In this document: in pieces, positions 39,283-52,719 of the stretch
Layout: each line of letters opens with the position of its first letter
How positions within the stretch are numbered: the stretch's first letter is position 1
Origin: Callorhinchus milii
Taxonomy: Eukaryota
NCBI RefSeq assembly: GCF_018977255.1
Contig: NW_024704743.1
Coordinates: 77,874,001-77,938,000 of the forward strand
Length of the DNA: 64,000 bases
Direction: 5' to 3'
Notes under the pieces: generated by a model
What the model was told of the DNA's origin: nothing
The model's database searches: none
What the model saw: only the letters and a program-made list of their open reading frames with translations
Program-made: the position numbers and the translations under genes

Positions 39283-40451
39283 TATGGATTTGTTAAAGGC
39301 AAATCAGGTCTAACAAACCTGTTAGAGTTTTTTGATGAAGTAACGGAAAGGGTGTATCAACAACAACAGCAATTGTATTTGTATAGCGCCTTTCACGTTG
39401 GGAGGACGTCCCAAGGCACAGGACAGAGTACAGCATTTCAGATCCTAACCAATGTTTCATAAAAGTTTATCATAACCTCCTGACTTTTGTATTCTGTGCC
39501 CCTATTTATAAAGCCTACTATTCCATATGCTTTTTTAACAGCTTTATCTACCTGTCCTACCACCTTCAAAGATTACTTACATGAAGATAGTGCAGTTGAT
39601 GTGATTTATATGGTAAAATGGGCAGACACGTGGCAGATGAAGTTTAATGTGGAGAAATGCAAAGTGATGCATTTTGGGAGGAAGAATGAGGAGAGGCAAT
39701 ATAAGCTGATGGTACAATGTTAAAAGGGGTGAAGGAACAGAGAGACCTGGGGGTTCATATAAGTAAATCGTTGAAGGTGGCAGGACAGGTAGATAAAGCT
39801 GTTTTAAAAAAAAACATACGGGATACTAGGCTTTATAAATAGGGGCATAGAATACAAAAGTCAGGAAGTTATGATAAACCTTTATAAAACACTGGTTAGG
39901 TGTCAGCTGGAGTACTCAGTTCTGGGTACCACACCCTAGGAAGGATGTCAAGGCATTGGAGAAGTTGCAAAGGAGATTTACCAGGATGGTACCAGGAATG
40001 AGGGACTTCAGTTATCAGGAGAGGCTAGAGAAGCTAGGATTATTCTCCTTGGAGCAGAGAAGGTTAAGAGGAAACTTGATAGAAGTTTTCAAAATTATGA
40101 GGGGATTCGATAGGGTGAACAAGGAGAAATAATTTCCACTGGTGGGTGGGTCGTTAACCCGAGGACACCGATTTAAAATAGTAGTTAAAAGAAACAGAGG
40201 TGAAGTGATGAGAATTTTTTTCACGCAGCAAGTTGTTCGGATCTGGAATGCATTACCTGAAAGGGTGGTGGAACCAATTCGATAACAATGTCTAAGAGAG
40301 AAGTAGATAATTATTTGGGGAGGACAAGTTTGCAGGGCTATGGGGAGAGAGCGGGGGAGTGGGATTGATTTGGATAGCTCTTTTCAGAGAGCGGCACAGA
40401 CACAATAGGCTGAATGGCCTCCTTCAGTGCTGTATAATTCGATGATTCTAT
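39283..40451 (+). mobile_element. 5'-truncated, rearranged CR1 copy of the same family
   Basis: Matches the RT 3' half of the 17-20 kb element; 3' tail gattctatg; internal deletion and an insertion. Confidence 0.9.
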
Positions 40452-41293
40452 GTGCTGTTATTCCTGTACACAATGACATTGCTGCTCTCAAATGTGCCAG
40501 CATTTTTACCCAAGCTTAAAAAAAGAGTTAAAACCTTATTCTCTACCTGTCCTGGTGTCCTGGCCACCAATCTCCTAGATTTAATTGGTCAATCACTTTA
40601 CAGCTATTTGTGGTACATTGCTATGAGCAAATGTGGCTGCCGCATTGACCCACAAAATACAGTCACTACGCTCTACAGTAAAATCCTATGAAGCGATTTG
40701 TAACATCCTCCTGATGTGAAAGATGCTATATCAAATGCAAGGATTATTATTATTATTATGGGTAAAACTAACTCTTTGACTCTAATCCAAGGATAATGGC
40801 AGACCATTATGAGCAGGCAAGACAGACAGCACAAGACGTTTTCAACATTCTCTTTCTTTAAATCTTCCTCAAAGCAGAAACAGATGGCAAAAGGGTATGT
40901 TTTGCTTGTGGGCAGATCATAAACATTCCTGTCTGTTGGCTGATATTTCTGACTGGCCCAGCAGATTTATCTGTGAGAAATAAATCACCAAGAATCATAC
41001 TGTCTTTACATACCTTTAATGTATAAGAAATAAGTGTATTTTTAAAACAGGTTTTGTCATTTTACCTTGCAGAACGCATACAATAAAAATAGACTGAACT
41101 AGAAAACTCAAGCAAGTTAGTTAAAGAAGTGGTCATAAACTGTTACCCTTCCATGTACAGTGGAACCTCACCTTGTAGTCACCTCCATAAATCAGGGCAA
41201 CTCACTATTAGAGCAATTTTTTTCAGTTTGTTTATTTTCTTATTTGAAACTGGCGGTGACCAAAATTCCATACTAACTATAGAAGAACCTCAC

Positions 41294-41354
41294 CAACATG
41301 ATCAAAATAAGGCAGGCTTTTAATTGCAAGTTTCCGCTGTGCTAACATTCTTCT
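41294..41354 (-). CDS. Candidate coding exon F (RRMLAQRKLAIKSLPYFDHV)
   Basis: Acceptor gttctctccag, strong donor G|gtgagg, only one open frame. Phase 0 to 1, so it does not join E or G directly; intervening exons were not found. Confidence 0.5.
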
Positions 41355-43174
41355 CTGGAGAGAACTTTTCATATGAACTGCCCCAAGCCTTAGGAAGTTT
41401 GTATATCCCCCAAACTCCAGAGGAAACCTTTTGTTCAAATCTGCTTTAGAACCTCTAATGTTTACCAAAGTAAAACCTATGCAAGGTTTTTAACACTGCT
41501 AAATGTGTCAGCCTGCCTTAGTTTGTAGCGCCTTCACTTCTGAGTCTTAAGGTAGAGGGTTCCAGCTCCACATCAATTCATTGAGCACACAGTCTAAACT
41601 GACACTCGATGCAATGCTGAATGGCTGGAGGTGCTGTCCTTTGCATGATTTAAACTGAGGTCCCATCTGCCTGTTCAGGTGGACGTTAAAGAATCCATGG
41701 CACTATTGAAGAAGAGAAGGGAGTTTCTCCCAGTGTCCTGAACAACAATCACCCAAATAAAATTGGTCATTTACGTCATGATTGTTTGCGGGGCATTGCT
41801 GTGTGCAAATTAGCTACCAAATTTGCCACAAAACACACAATCACTGCACTTTACAATATATCCTATAAAGTACTTTGAGACGTCCTCCACAGTGAAAGGC
41901 ACTATACCAAATATTAGGATTAGTATTATTATTACTAGTGAGTGAACTAAGAGCGAGTCTCCGGTGGACAGGAGACGAACACACTACAACAACAACTATT
42001 TGCATTTATATAGCGCCCTCCAAGCTGGGTGGTGTCCAGGAGCGCTTAACAACGGCAGAGCCGAGCCAGAAGGAGGGGGAGGTCAAAGAGGAAGGTCTTC
42101 AGGCACACCCTGAAACTGGGGAAAGAGGGAGCAAGGGGAAGGGATTCAGGGAGGGAGTTCCATAGCTTTGGAACATAGTGTCTGAAGGCACGGCCACCGA
42201 TGGTGGAGTGGAGGATTCGAGGACAAAGAGGAGGCTAGAGCCAGGAGAGTGGAGGCAGCGGGTATTGCTGTGAGGAGAAAGGAGGTTGAAGAGCTAGGGG
42301 GTGCCAATGGAGGGATTTAATCTAATGTAGCAAGTGGCTTTAATTCACTGCTGAGCTTACATCGGTTACAGTTTATTCTCCCATTCTTTTAGTGCGATGC
42401 CCATGAATGGGACAGTTTCACAACCAGGAGCTGTTGCTTCTCAGTCCTCCTGTCCTGACCTCCCTTACCCACTGTTGGAGGAGAAAAGGTTAATAGAACA
42501 GGAGGTGGACAAGAAAAGAATCAGTTATAATGAGGAAGAATTACTTCTAAAAGAAAATATATTTTAAAATAATCCTGCACTTGATAAAATGTCTCCTACA
42601 TCAGGAGCATATCTCAAAGTGCTCATCCAATGGCCCGTATCTCTGACAATGCAGCACCTCCCCAGTAATGGATTGAATGTCAATTTAGATTGTATGAGTT
42701 CCAAGTCCCCATGGCGCTTGAATTCACAACCTTCTGACTCAGAGACAAGAGACAAGCTAGCACACACAGTCAGTTGAAACATACTAGTTGCCTCATACAT
42801 GCTTTCTCATCTCACAGTTATTAAAATCTTATTAAAATATTCGGGGGACTGCAGAAGTTCCAACATTTTCATTGTGGCAATATTCTCTATTTTACAACCC
42901 AAAATATATTTCCTATCTTTTCCCTGTATAAATGGATAGCTTTAAATGGAGCTTGACTTGGTACAGCTGCTTGGTTTGGTAATCGCAGCTATTCCATTGC
43001 AATCCAAACCCCATCTGACTGAGAAGTGAGCGTGTTACCAACTGAGCCAAACTGGCACAGATGCAAGGTATGCGATAAGGAACTCAAGTAGGAAAATAAA
43101 TGCTTGAACAACATGGAGTTGATGGAAACCATAGCTGTCCACCTTAGTAAACACCAGAGGGCTTAGATCAAGCT

Positions 43175-43370
43175 GGTGTTAATCTTAAAACCACTGTTGT
43201 CAGATTTAAATTTGTGCTTAATTTTGAAAAATTCTTAAATTTAATATGAATTTGGAAACCAGCTTTTGCGGTTCTTAAAAAAAACAGTTCGAATTTCAGA
43301 CTTAATTTAACGATTTTCCAAAATTCTGCTCCATTTTAAATTCCATGGCAATGGTCTAAATGATAACAAC
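43175..43370. repeat. AT-rich palindromic (MITE-like) element
   Basis: The left and right halves are imperfect reverse complements; related copies occur elsewhere in the window. Confidence 0.75.
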
Positions 43371-43859
43371 AATAATAATTCATGTATTTGAATAGTGCCT
43401 TATCACGTCTTCAATATGTCTCAAAGCACTTCACAAAATATACTGTATATTTTGTCTGTGAAACATGTCAGCAATTGGCATGGCAGTCTCCCACAAACAG
43501 TTGTGGATTGAGTAACTATTTTTTTTCTTTTTAAGGGATTATTACCCTCAGAAAAATGATCTGCCAATCGACTAACAACCGGGTTCCTACTTACTGCTAG
43601 ATAAACAGAGGCCTGTGGAGTAAGGAAACGTTGCCTAACATTTTGCCACGTCCAGTAATGGAATCCGTATCCTCTCGCTTGTAAATCGAGTGCTCTAACC
43701 AATATGCTACAGGACTTCTTAAGGCCAAGACCATAGAAAATTTATGACTCAGAGTTAAGCCAGTGATTACGCTGGGTGTGTGGCCATCACACAGCCATCA
43801 TATTCAAACACACTACTGCTAAGAAAACCTATAGCATTCTATCTGTACCGTGTGTCACA

Positions 43860-44555
43860 CATTGACTTTGGTACGCAACCTTGATCCTCAGCTCTTCCTT
43901 CTACCTTACATCTGCTCTCTTACCAAGTCTACTTTTCTCTATCTCCGCCATATCTCCTGCTCTAACTTCCTCTAAATATCACCGAAACCCTTTTCCACGC
44001 CTTTGTCACTGCCCACCTGGATTTTTCTAATGAACTCCCTGGTCTCCATAGCTCCACCGTCCATAAATTTCAACTTAATCCACAACTCAATATCCTCAAC
44101 AGCACCAAATCCCATGCATCCATCACCCCCGTCCTCACCAGACTCCACTCATTCTCTGTATCTCAGCGGATCGATTTCAAGGTCCTCATCCTCACCTAGA
44201 AATGCATTCACGCTCTAGCATCTCCCTTTCTCTCTGATCTCTTCCTACCCAACTCCTCTGCTTGTACTCTCCAATCTGCTAACTCAGGCTTGTTGAGCAT
44301 CTCCCTCCCTACCCACCCCACCGTTGTTGGCTGAGCATCCAATTATATACCTTCAAACTTTGGAACTTCCTTCCTCAACCTTTTTATCCTGCCCCTTCTC
44401 TACCTGTCTTCAAATCCTGCTTCAAAAGCTACCTCTTTGATCATGCCTCTCCTCCCCCTTCTCCCACCCTGCTCTCCATCTACCCCAGAATTGTAAAGTG
44501 CTCCGAGACATTATTCTATAAAAGGGCTATACAGATATGCAAGTTGTTGTTATTG
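43860..44555 (+). mobile_element. Old L2 relic (others at about 41985-42320 - and 47580-47975 +)
   Basis: Degenerate L2 ORF2 end and an aagttgttgtt tail. Confidence 0.7.
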
Positions 44556-44678
44556 TTTAGTGTCAGGTTTTCCAGCTTCCTATTTCCTACAACAGTTGCT
44601 ATTTAGAGAAGAAGATTTTACAAAAGGGGAGGCAAAACTGTCTTATTGACTGAAGCTTCGTGGAATTTCAGGCCTTAC

Positions 44679-45092
44679 ATTCCTTTCCACAAGGACAGTG
44701 AGAGTCTCCCTTTCTCTCTCGGTTGGTTCGGTCTTGGATGTATTCTCGATCCAGTAAAGCTGGTCCCAGCTGGACCCCATTAGTCAGAGCACTTGATTGC
44801 AACAGTATTTTGTAACTCAGTACTCTGGATAATGTATCCCACCTGGGATAAGGTTTTACTGAGAAACCTGCCGACAGCAAAGTCAGCAGGCGAGCAAATG
44901 TTGCCATCCGTGAGGTGAAATAAAATAATCTGAGTATCTGCACAATACAGTAGCGCAAAGCTTGGAGCGAGAGTTGACACTGGTGACAATATTGCAGTTT
45001 CTCTAACAATAAGCGTTTAACAACAGATTGAATTATAAAGTGGATCTCATTTCTGCTGTTTTTTCTCTCAGCAGGATTCCTTAACAAGGAAT
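44679..45092 (-). CDS. Candidate large coding exon E (SLLRNPAERK...LRYCIVQILRLFYFTSRMATFARLL...HCPCGKE)
   Basis: Longest non-repeat ORF in the window (44668..45159, 163 aa), locally CpG-enriched, helical-looking peptide, strong donor T|gtaagg. The acceptor ccccgtttgctcag is tentative. Confidence 0.65.
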
Positions 45093-45366
45093 CTGAGCAA
45101 ACGGGGAACTCCTTCCAGTAACCCGAAATGTAACACACTCTGGGATTCCGCTCCGACACAGTCTATTTCCCACGGGTTGACAGGACTTCTAACTACATGC
45201 CGTATTGAGGAATCCCTTTAATAAACATCACAATTTAAGCTTCATTATTTAAATGGTTGATTGCTCACAAACATGCTGCAATCCCTTTAACAAAGAACAC
45301 AATGCTATCATTCCTTGACAGACACAAGCAGCATAACAATACTGCCCCAAACCATCATTCTCGGGA

Positions 45367-45630
45367 TCTCCACAATAAATAGTGGAGAAGTTCCACCCAG
45401 GTAGATTTACTCCATCATTTTATGTAGTGTTTCAGAGTGTCCAGAATTTGGCAAATTGTTGAATTTGTTGTAACTTTGAAGTTTGTGTTCTACAGTTCTT
45501 AAAAGAACTTACAGAAAACTGATTTCAAATTCAGGCTAAGAATTTGCCAAATTCTGGACACTTTAAAGTGCTACATAAATAGAGTAAATCTTTGACCCAG
45601 GTAGAGTTTCTCTTCAATACTTTGTAAAGA
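45367..45630. repeat. Palindromic (MITE-like) element
   Basis: agtgtccagaatttggcaaatt (45436-45457) pairs exactly with aatttgccaaattctggacact (45541-45562); the arms extend imperfectly outward. Confidence 0.8.
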
Positions 45631-48110
45631 AACACATAGACAGGAGACATTGATTGCTCAAGGGGTTAATTCAGCCTGCAATGAAGTTCAATCTCAGTCC
45701 AAATGCTGACATGGGACTTATCATTGGCCTCAGTACTTCTGGGCACTATATAAATGTAAATTAGTATTGTAATCTGTATTGTATCCATCGTTCTAAATAT
45801 AATTTAATCGTTTTGCAAAATGTGAATTTTAGTTGAATTAGCTTCAATGGCTGGGTTACAATTTGAATCTGAGCAACCTTATTTTAATACATCTGCTTGT
45901 TCAACACATTTGTAGTGTGAAGAATTGCACTCTGGTAAGTGCTCTGGGACACCACCCTGTGTGAGAGGCACGATATAAATGCAAGTTGTTGTATCTGCAG
46001 AACCAATAAACTCACTGGCATGCTTTTCACAGGTGAATTGGTAAGGTGATAAGGTGAAAGCAGCTGTGTATGATGTGAGCTACTGCTGCACATTAAGAAA
46101 AGATTACAATTATTCATAAAAGTCTAATGCTCTTTTGACCAAATTAATTCCACTTTAATTTCACATAAAATATCTGTCCAACAAGGTGTCAGATATTCAT
46201 GTCAACAGGTGGGGTTGGGCAAGAAAGCAATTAAATCTCACCAGTGGAAAAGTCCTTATAATAATAATCCTTGTATTTGATACAAAGCCTTACTGCACTT
46301 TTGAGACGTTTCAAATTGCTTTACAGAATATACTGTTGAGTGACCGAATTATTATTATATTTATTTATTTGCAAGGGATTATTACCCCCAGAAAAGCAAT
46401 CCGCCAATCAACTAACAACCGGTAAACAAAGGCATATGGAATAAGGAAACTTGCCCGGGAATTGAACCCAATTCTAGCTTTTGAGGCGAGTGCTCTAACC
46501 AATACACTACAAGAAATCCTTCAACATGAAGACGCCAAACAGTATTTCCAAATAGCTCTTTAACCCACAAATCTACTCATAGCCATTTTTATCTATATTA
46601 CAGGACTGCTAGGATTTTCCATCATTTGTATTCAGCCTTCAATAGATTCCACAATAATATAGAAAAGTCATCACAGATTGTGGATCTAGGAAGAAGTTTG
46701 ATGAGTGTGAATAGAGAACACTGCAGAAATAAATGGAGAAATTCCATCCAAATATTCATTGAGTTAATGAAGGAATTTAGAATAAAATAACACAGCATGT
46801 GCTAAACTCCTTGTGAAATATTATGTCTTCTGTGCAGCATTAAAAATTTACATTATCAGCATTAAGAAGTTAATTAGCCTCCGTTAGTGTGTGCGTTATT
46901 GTTCAGAACTACTTAGCTCTGTGAATTCAATCGTTTTAGATTACTTTAAGACCAGTGTAGATTTATGATTGGCAAATGTTGGCAGAGAAAGGTGCTACAG
47001 ACAGCTGTAGAAGGTTCTAACATGGCATTTTGGAAAATAGATACATACAATGGACAACATCATTTTGTACAAAGAGTTTTGTACTTTTATCTTACTGGCT
47101 TTGGGAAGGGATATGCATGGAGAAGTCATACCTAACAGGTTCACCTAATTGTTGATAAGAAAGATATTAGATACAGAAAATTATAACTTATTGCATTGTA
47201 GGACACTAGTTCAGAATTGTCAAATCCAGGGAGAGGTTTTTATCTTGCAGCTTCAATAAGAAGCTATTTTTTAAAAAAATTGCTTTTAGCCAACACCAAC
47301 TCAACTGCCTCGACATAATATCAGTTCTTCAAAATTTCTGAAGCACAAGCTTCGTAAATCATATTTCTACATGTTGTAATCTTACCTTTAGATACTTTGG
47401 AAAGGATGTTTGGATCTCATAAGCTGGGGGGAACATTTTCTCTAAAATGTTTGGAGTCACTTGGCAGCAAATTATCATGTTGTGACGTCCTATCCTGCCA
47501 TGTGTGGAGATACGAAATTACATTAAAAGCTCCCCAGCATCTTTTGGCTGATCAACCTTTTGATTTTGTAGATGTCAACTTTCCCTATTGATCAATTTCA
47601 AGATCCTCATACTCAGTTATACATTAATTCACATCGTAGCACCTCTCTACCTCTCTGACCTTAAACCCCACTCCGCCATCTATCCCATTCACTCAGCTGA
47701 CTCCAGCCTTCTACATATCCCTCATCCTCTCTGCTCCACCATCGGTGGCCATGCTTACAGCCACTATACCCCGAAACTCTAAATTCTCTGACTCAATCCA
47801 TCTGGCTTGTCCCCTCCTTGCTCATCTTCAGAATCTATCTGAAAACGTTCCCCTTTGACTGTGCTTACGGTCCTCTCCCCTTCTCTTCCAGCTCTGCGTC
47901 AAGCTACGCCACTATTAAGTGCTCCAAGACGCTACCCATGGGACAGGTGCTATATAAATGCAAGTTGTTGTTGTTCTCCCAGGAATCCTTTTCACTTTTG
48001 TGGATCCTGGACCTCTCAGCTCTTCTGCAAGGCGAATTTGTTTAGACCTGTTGCCCTTTTCTCTACTTTCCTTGTAGATTCATCCAGTGCACAAACCAAT
48101 AGCATTTTAC

Positions 48111-48187
48111 CAATTACCAGGGGCAGATGACAACATTCGGCAATGGCATTCAAATTAAGCAACCTGGTCAATGTAGCAGATGGTATG
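48111..48187 (-). CDS. Candidate coding exon D (IPSATLTRLLNLNAIAECCHLPLVI)
   Basis: Acceptor ctgcctgccag, donor G|gtaaaa (alternative donors nearby); phase 2 to 1 bridges C and E. Confidence 0.35.
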
Positions 48188-51100
48188 CTGGCAGGCAGCA
48201 TGGAGGAAATTGCAGCACATTACAGCTTTCTTGTCCAAAGTGAGGAGAAACCCACTTTCTCAGCCTGAACCCAAACTTACCAAGAACACAAACTATCTCA
48301 AACAGACGATCACTTTCACAGTTCAAGAACTTTAGACTTCAGAGATGTTTATGACTCTGGTAGGAAAAAGAAGCTTCACCTAAAACGTTTTTTATCAGAG
48401 TTTCTAAAAAAAAGGATCTCAAGCTTCAAAGAACTGCTGCATTTTAACTGTGTTATATTAGACTGATAGTCACACTGATTGACGTAAGTTTACTAATTGT
48501 ATTTGATATAGCTCCTTACCATGTTCCCCAGACAACTCAAAACACTTAGCAAGCATTTACTGTTAGTGCATTTTTTTAGGTGAATACGACAGCTATTATT
48601 GTGCACAGGTATGTCCTACAGACCGCCAATGGAATGAATGTCCAATTTTATTTGGGAGATTGTTAACCAGAACACTCATGTCTTTTTGAGTATTGCCATG
48701 GGATATTTAACATCCTTCATCTTCAACTCTTTAATTAATCTGTCAGAGGTCCCTTGCATGTCAGACTCTTATTAACTTTGTCACTTCTCACATTCTCGAC
48801 CGTGTGAGAGAAGATGTGCACCTTCACTTGAATAACTGAAATTTTACCCTAGTAATGCCTTCAGGAGATACTATTTTCATACAAAATGTTTGGGAAATCT
48901 TTTACTCCAAGAGGAACAAGGAAACATTTTATGACACAATTCACACATAAGTGATTGATGCGTTTTGGTGATTGACTGAAGTGATGTTCTGTGCGGTAAA
49001 TTTCTATGATGCATTTTAACACGTGTTTTGACATTGTCTTGTTTCTTGGCATATGAATGGAGGAAGGTTTGTCAAACTACTTTTTCATAATAATAATTAA
49101 TATTGATATGATGCTATACCAGTGAAATATCTCAAAGTGCTTTGGCCTTTGGTACATCCCCACCCTTCCCTTTCCAGCTTGGCATCACACCACACAGCAG
49201 TTAAGCTCTCTAAGAACTGTAGTCTTGGAGTGCTTAACAGATCTGTAGTCTTGGAGTCCTGTAGCTCCGTGGTTAGAGCACTCGCCTCGCAAGCGAGAGA
49301 CCTGGGTTCGATTCCCAGCAGGGCAAAACCTTAAGTTTCCTTATTTCACACGCCTGATAATAATCCCTCAAGAAAAAAAATAATAATAAATTGGTCATTT
49401 CAATTCACCACTGTTAGTGGGACACTGCTGTGCACAAATGGCTGCCGCATTTCGCCTACAAATATACAGTCAATTCATTTTACAGTATGTTGTGTGAAGC
49501 GCTGTGAGACGTCTAGTAGACGTAATAAGGTGCTATATCAAATGCAAGGAATTCATATTATTCTAGATTAAATGTTCATCAGCCATGTATTTGACTTGAG
49601 GCAATGCCAGTTCTTTGTTACATATTATGTTGCTTGATTTTGGCAACAATTGTGAAATACAGCCCTGGGTTTTTAGAATGTGCTTTTGTAAAGACAAACA
49701 AAAGAGATGTTGGCAATATCTGGTCTGTACAGAATCATCTATGGACACCAACTGTGGTTTCACATGTTGTGTAATTTCCACTTAGTTTAGGCCTGAATTT
49801 TATGGGCCTTTTACTGAAGGCTGTACACTTTTAGATGTCATGTCACATTCAATAGGAATATTACTGTCCTCTTCCCACCTCCATCCTCCATCTGATAACA
49901 CCCAATTAGTCCAGCATCATCTCAATTTTAGAGATGGAGATGATATTGATCCCAAGGTATCTACCATTCTCTCCATATAGTCCTATCAGCTTTCCTCATA
50001 AAATATTCCAAGCTACATTCACTTGTGAATGAAATAAGTGAAGTAATTTTCTATTACAAAGCATCAACAATTCCAGATAGCTTGGAGATTATTTCCTTTA
50101 AGGTTCGATAGCATTTAGAATATTGGCCATCCAGTTTGGCTGGAAGAAATTAAATCAATAGCTTGCCTAGGAAGAATAATAGAGGGAATAGATTATGTTC
50201 TGGCTCTAAACTGTGACAACTCATTGCAAGGTTAAATTTGATGCATCAATTCCTTTTCCCTTTTTCCACCACCAATTCCAACATTGGCGGTATATGTTCT
50301 TTCCCACAATCTCACTTCATGGCTGTTTGTGGGAGATTGCACTGCTCAATATGGCTGTCATATTTACATTCGAACAGTCACAGAAATTTACAGTAAAATC
50401 CTATGAAATACTTTGGGACATCCTCCTGATGTGGAAAGTGCTATACCAAATGCAAGCATTATTATTGTGATTATTATTATTATCTCACTTGTTTTTTTCA
50501 TCACTTATGGTGGTGAGGAGCAAGAATCTAGTTTAGTTAACAAAATTACTTACTATTAAGTGTTTTAAATAGGTTTGAAACTACACCATTGTTTAGCACT
50601 CAGAGACACACCCGAAAGGAACTATGTAAATGCATGTTGCTCTTATTGTTGTTTAAAAAACTGCATCAAATACTCTAATTCTTCACCGTTAGAGACTGTA
50701 CAGTATAATTCTTTTACTGTAATAACCTTTAATATAATCTTTTTGGTAAGTAATTATTAAGGGGCACGATTATTTTCTCAGGAACATAGCTTTTCAGGGA
50801 AGCATGTAAGGACACAGTTTGAATCAAACCTATTTCTCTGCTGAGAAAATTCTGCGAGTACAGTATATTCATAAAAATCTAAAAATACTCCTTGACAGCG
50901 ACACAAAACAGATTACTTGAGTAAACAGTATATCATATAATGCAAGAAAAAATATCTTACAAAAATTCACTTCATGTAATATAAATGTGTGTCACTTTGA
51001 TACATCATTCAGCATTCATTTGAGCCAACGTGTTTGAAATTAAGTGTACAAAGTCATCATTCTTTCTCTGCTATCTCTGACTTAGCATGCCCTAAAGCAC

Positions 51101-51619
51101 AGTTCATTTCTGCTCAGATCTGATAAACTACGATCAGCATCTTTATAGTTTACCAGCCTTGGGGTTCAATTTTGTTTTTTTGGATGCTTTTATAAATGAA
51201 CACAATCACAGGTGAATCTGTTCTTGGAGATTACAGGGAGAGCGAGGGGAGAGAGAGAAAAAAAAGCGTTCCAGACTGTGAAAACATCAGTTCGAATGCC
51301 TTGCCACAAAAGGCCTGGCCAGCCATGGAGAACTGCAGTTACCAATTGGCAGCAAGTTAAAGGTCTATCAGATACAGGAGCAATTATCATTAACCTCTTA
51401 ACATGGAGTGCCTGGTGTGCTCATTGTGTGGTTAATGAAAGCAAATTATGAATTTTGAAATAGAACGTACTCTGTATTATGTTACAGCAAGATGTTACCC
51501 TTTCTAATTTATACTAAGAGGGAATTTTCCCCCAATGCCTTTTTAACAAACATAACCAAAGGAAGCCCCATGAAGGCTCAACAACTTGACTCAGTGTATA
51601 ATAGCCATACAGACTGGCA

Positions 51620-51838
51620 AGGTGAGGTGCTAGGTTCAATCCCTGGTCTGTGCTGAGTTAATTGGGTAGGCCAAAAGGCCTTCTTCATCCAAAGCAACCT
51701 TGTGATTTTGTGGGTTTGATCTCAGCCAGAGGTGTAAGTGGTTCTACAATTGGCCACAACCTGTCACGATAGGGAGAGGAGATTCAGGCCAGGTTCTCAC
51801 GACTGATCACTATCCCATGACCACTACTGGAAGATTGT
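51620..51838 (+). mobile_element. Old SINE-like repeat of a third type
   Basis: B-box-like ggttcaatccc followed by tggtctgtgctgagtta...ctacaattggcc...; a short related piece at about 45690-45745. Confidence 0.5.
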
Positions 51839-51841
51839 CAC

Positions 51842-51903
51842 AGGTTCGCAACTATATCAGGCTCAGCTATAATTTCCCCAGTTGACTGGCGTCTCAATGC
51901 TCC
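51842..51903 (-). CDS. Candidate coding exon C (GALRRQSTGEIIAEPDIVAN)
   Basis: Strong acceptor gttttattttcag after a 72-nt intron; weak donor gtgaca next to a SINE; phase 0 to 2. Confidence 0.4.
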
Positions 51904-51975
51904 CTGAAAATAAAACATATGAATAATAGTCACTTGGAAGATCCAGAGGGCAACTGGTATCCTAATCAACCGTAC

Positions 51976-52117
51976 CCAGGAGAAGGAATGGAAGGTTGAA
52001 TTGGGGTTTATAAAATGCCTATTGGGAAAACTGCAGTATAAACGGAAAGTCCTCCTCAGGATCTGAAGTGCACCTCCTGCTGGAAACTGCAGGAAACCCC
52101 AGGAACAGCGCACCCAA
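51976..52117 (-). CDS. Candidate coding exon B (WVRCSWGFLQFPAGGALQILRRTFRLYCSFPNRHFINPNSTFHSFSW)
   Basis: Acceptor gttcttatcag, donor TGG|gtacgg, non-repetitive, open frame (part of ORF 51838..52113); phase 2 to 0. Confidence 0.5.
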
Positions 52118-52719
52118 CTGATAAGAACATGGCTTGAAGCAGAGATCGCCTCGGAATGTTTTTTCTAGGAGGTTTTTTTTTAGTGCAAGGCTCCATTTAC
52201 CCTGCTGTTTTCCCCACAAGTGCTTATTCAGCCCCCAATGTTTTGCCAGCTTTGACCTGATTTGCCATCAACATTTGTGGTTGCATAGGAAGGAAAACTG
52301 TGAACTACACTGTGGGAACACGTTGTTATGAGAACAGCCAAAAATATGTCTGTTATATGCTGCTAGCTGAGCCTTTACAATTATAAGAATAGCTATTTAA
52401 TAACTAATAATATAACCATTTAAGTTTTATGATAAAACATGTGTAATTTCTTAACTGCTCAGGGAAACATAAGTGCATTTAAACTGTGTTTGCCATTGTT
52501 CTGTTTCAAAACCCACAGGAAGAAGATTTGTTGAAAACTAATATTTGTCAATGTTTCACAACAGGTAATATTCAGTGTACTGTAGTAGGAAACAAAATTT
52601 GCTTCTGAAAGTGCACAGGGTCAGCATTGCACATAGAAGGTGGACAGTGCTTGGAATCTCCTGCAGCCTATTTTAACACAATTTGAAGCATTATTCCTGA
52701 AACGCAACTCTGCTGCTTT

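Noticed and set aside
42393..42567. Plus-strand exon candidates (also at 45075, 48078 and 61523)
   Set aside because: They do not chain in phase, and several of their pyrimidine tracts are explained as mirrors of purine-rich minus-strand sequence.
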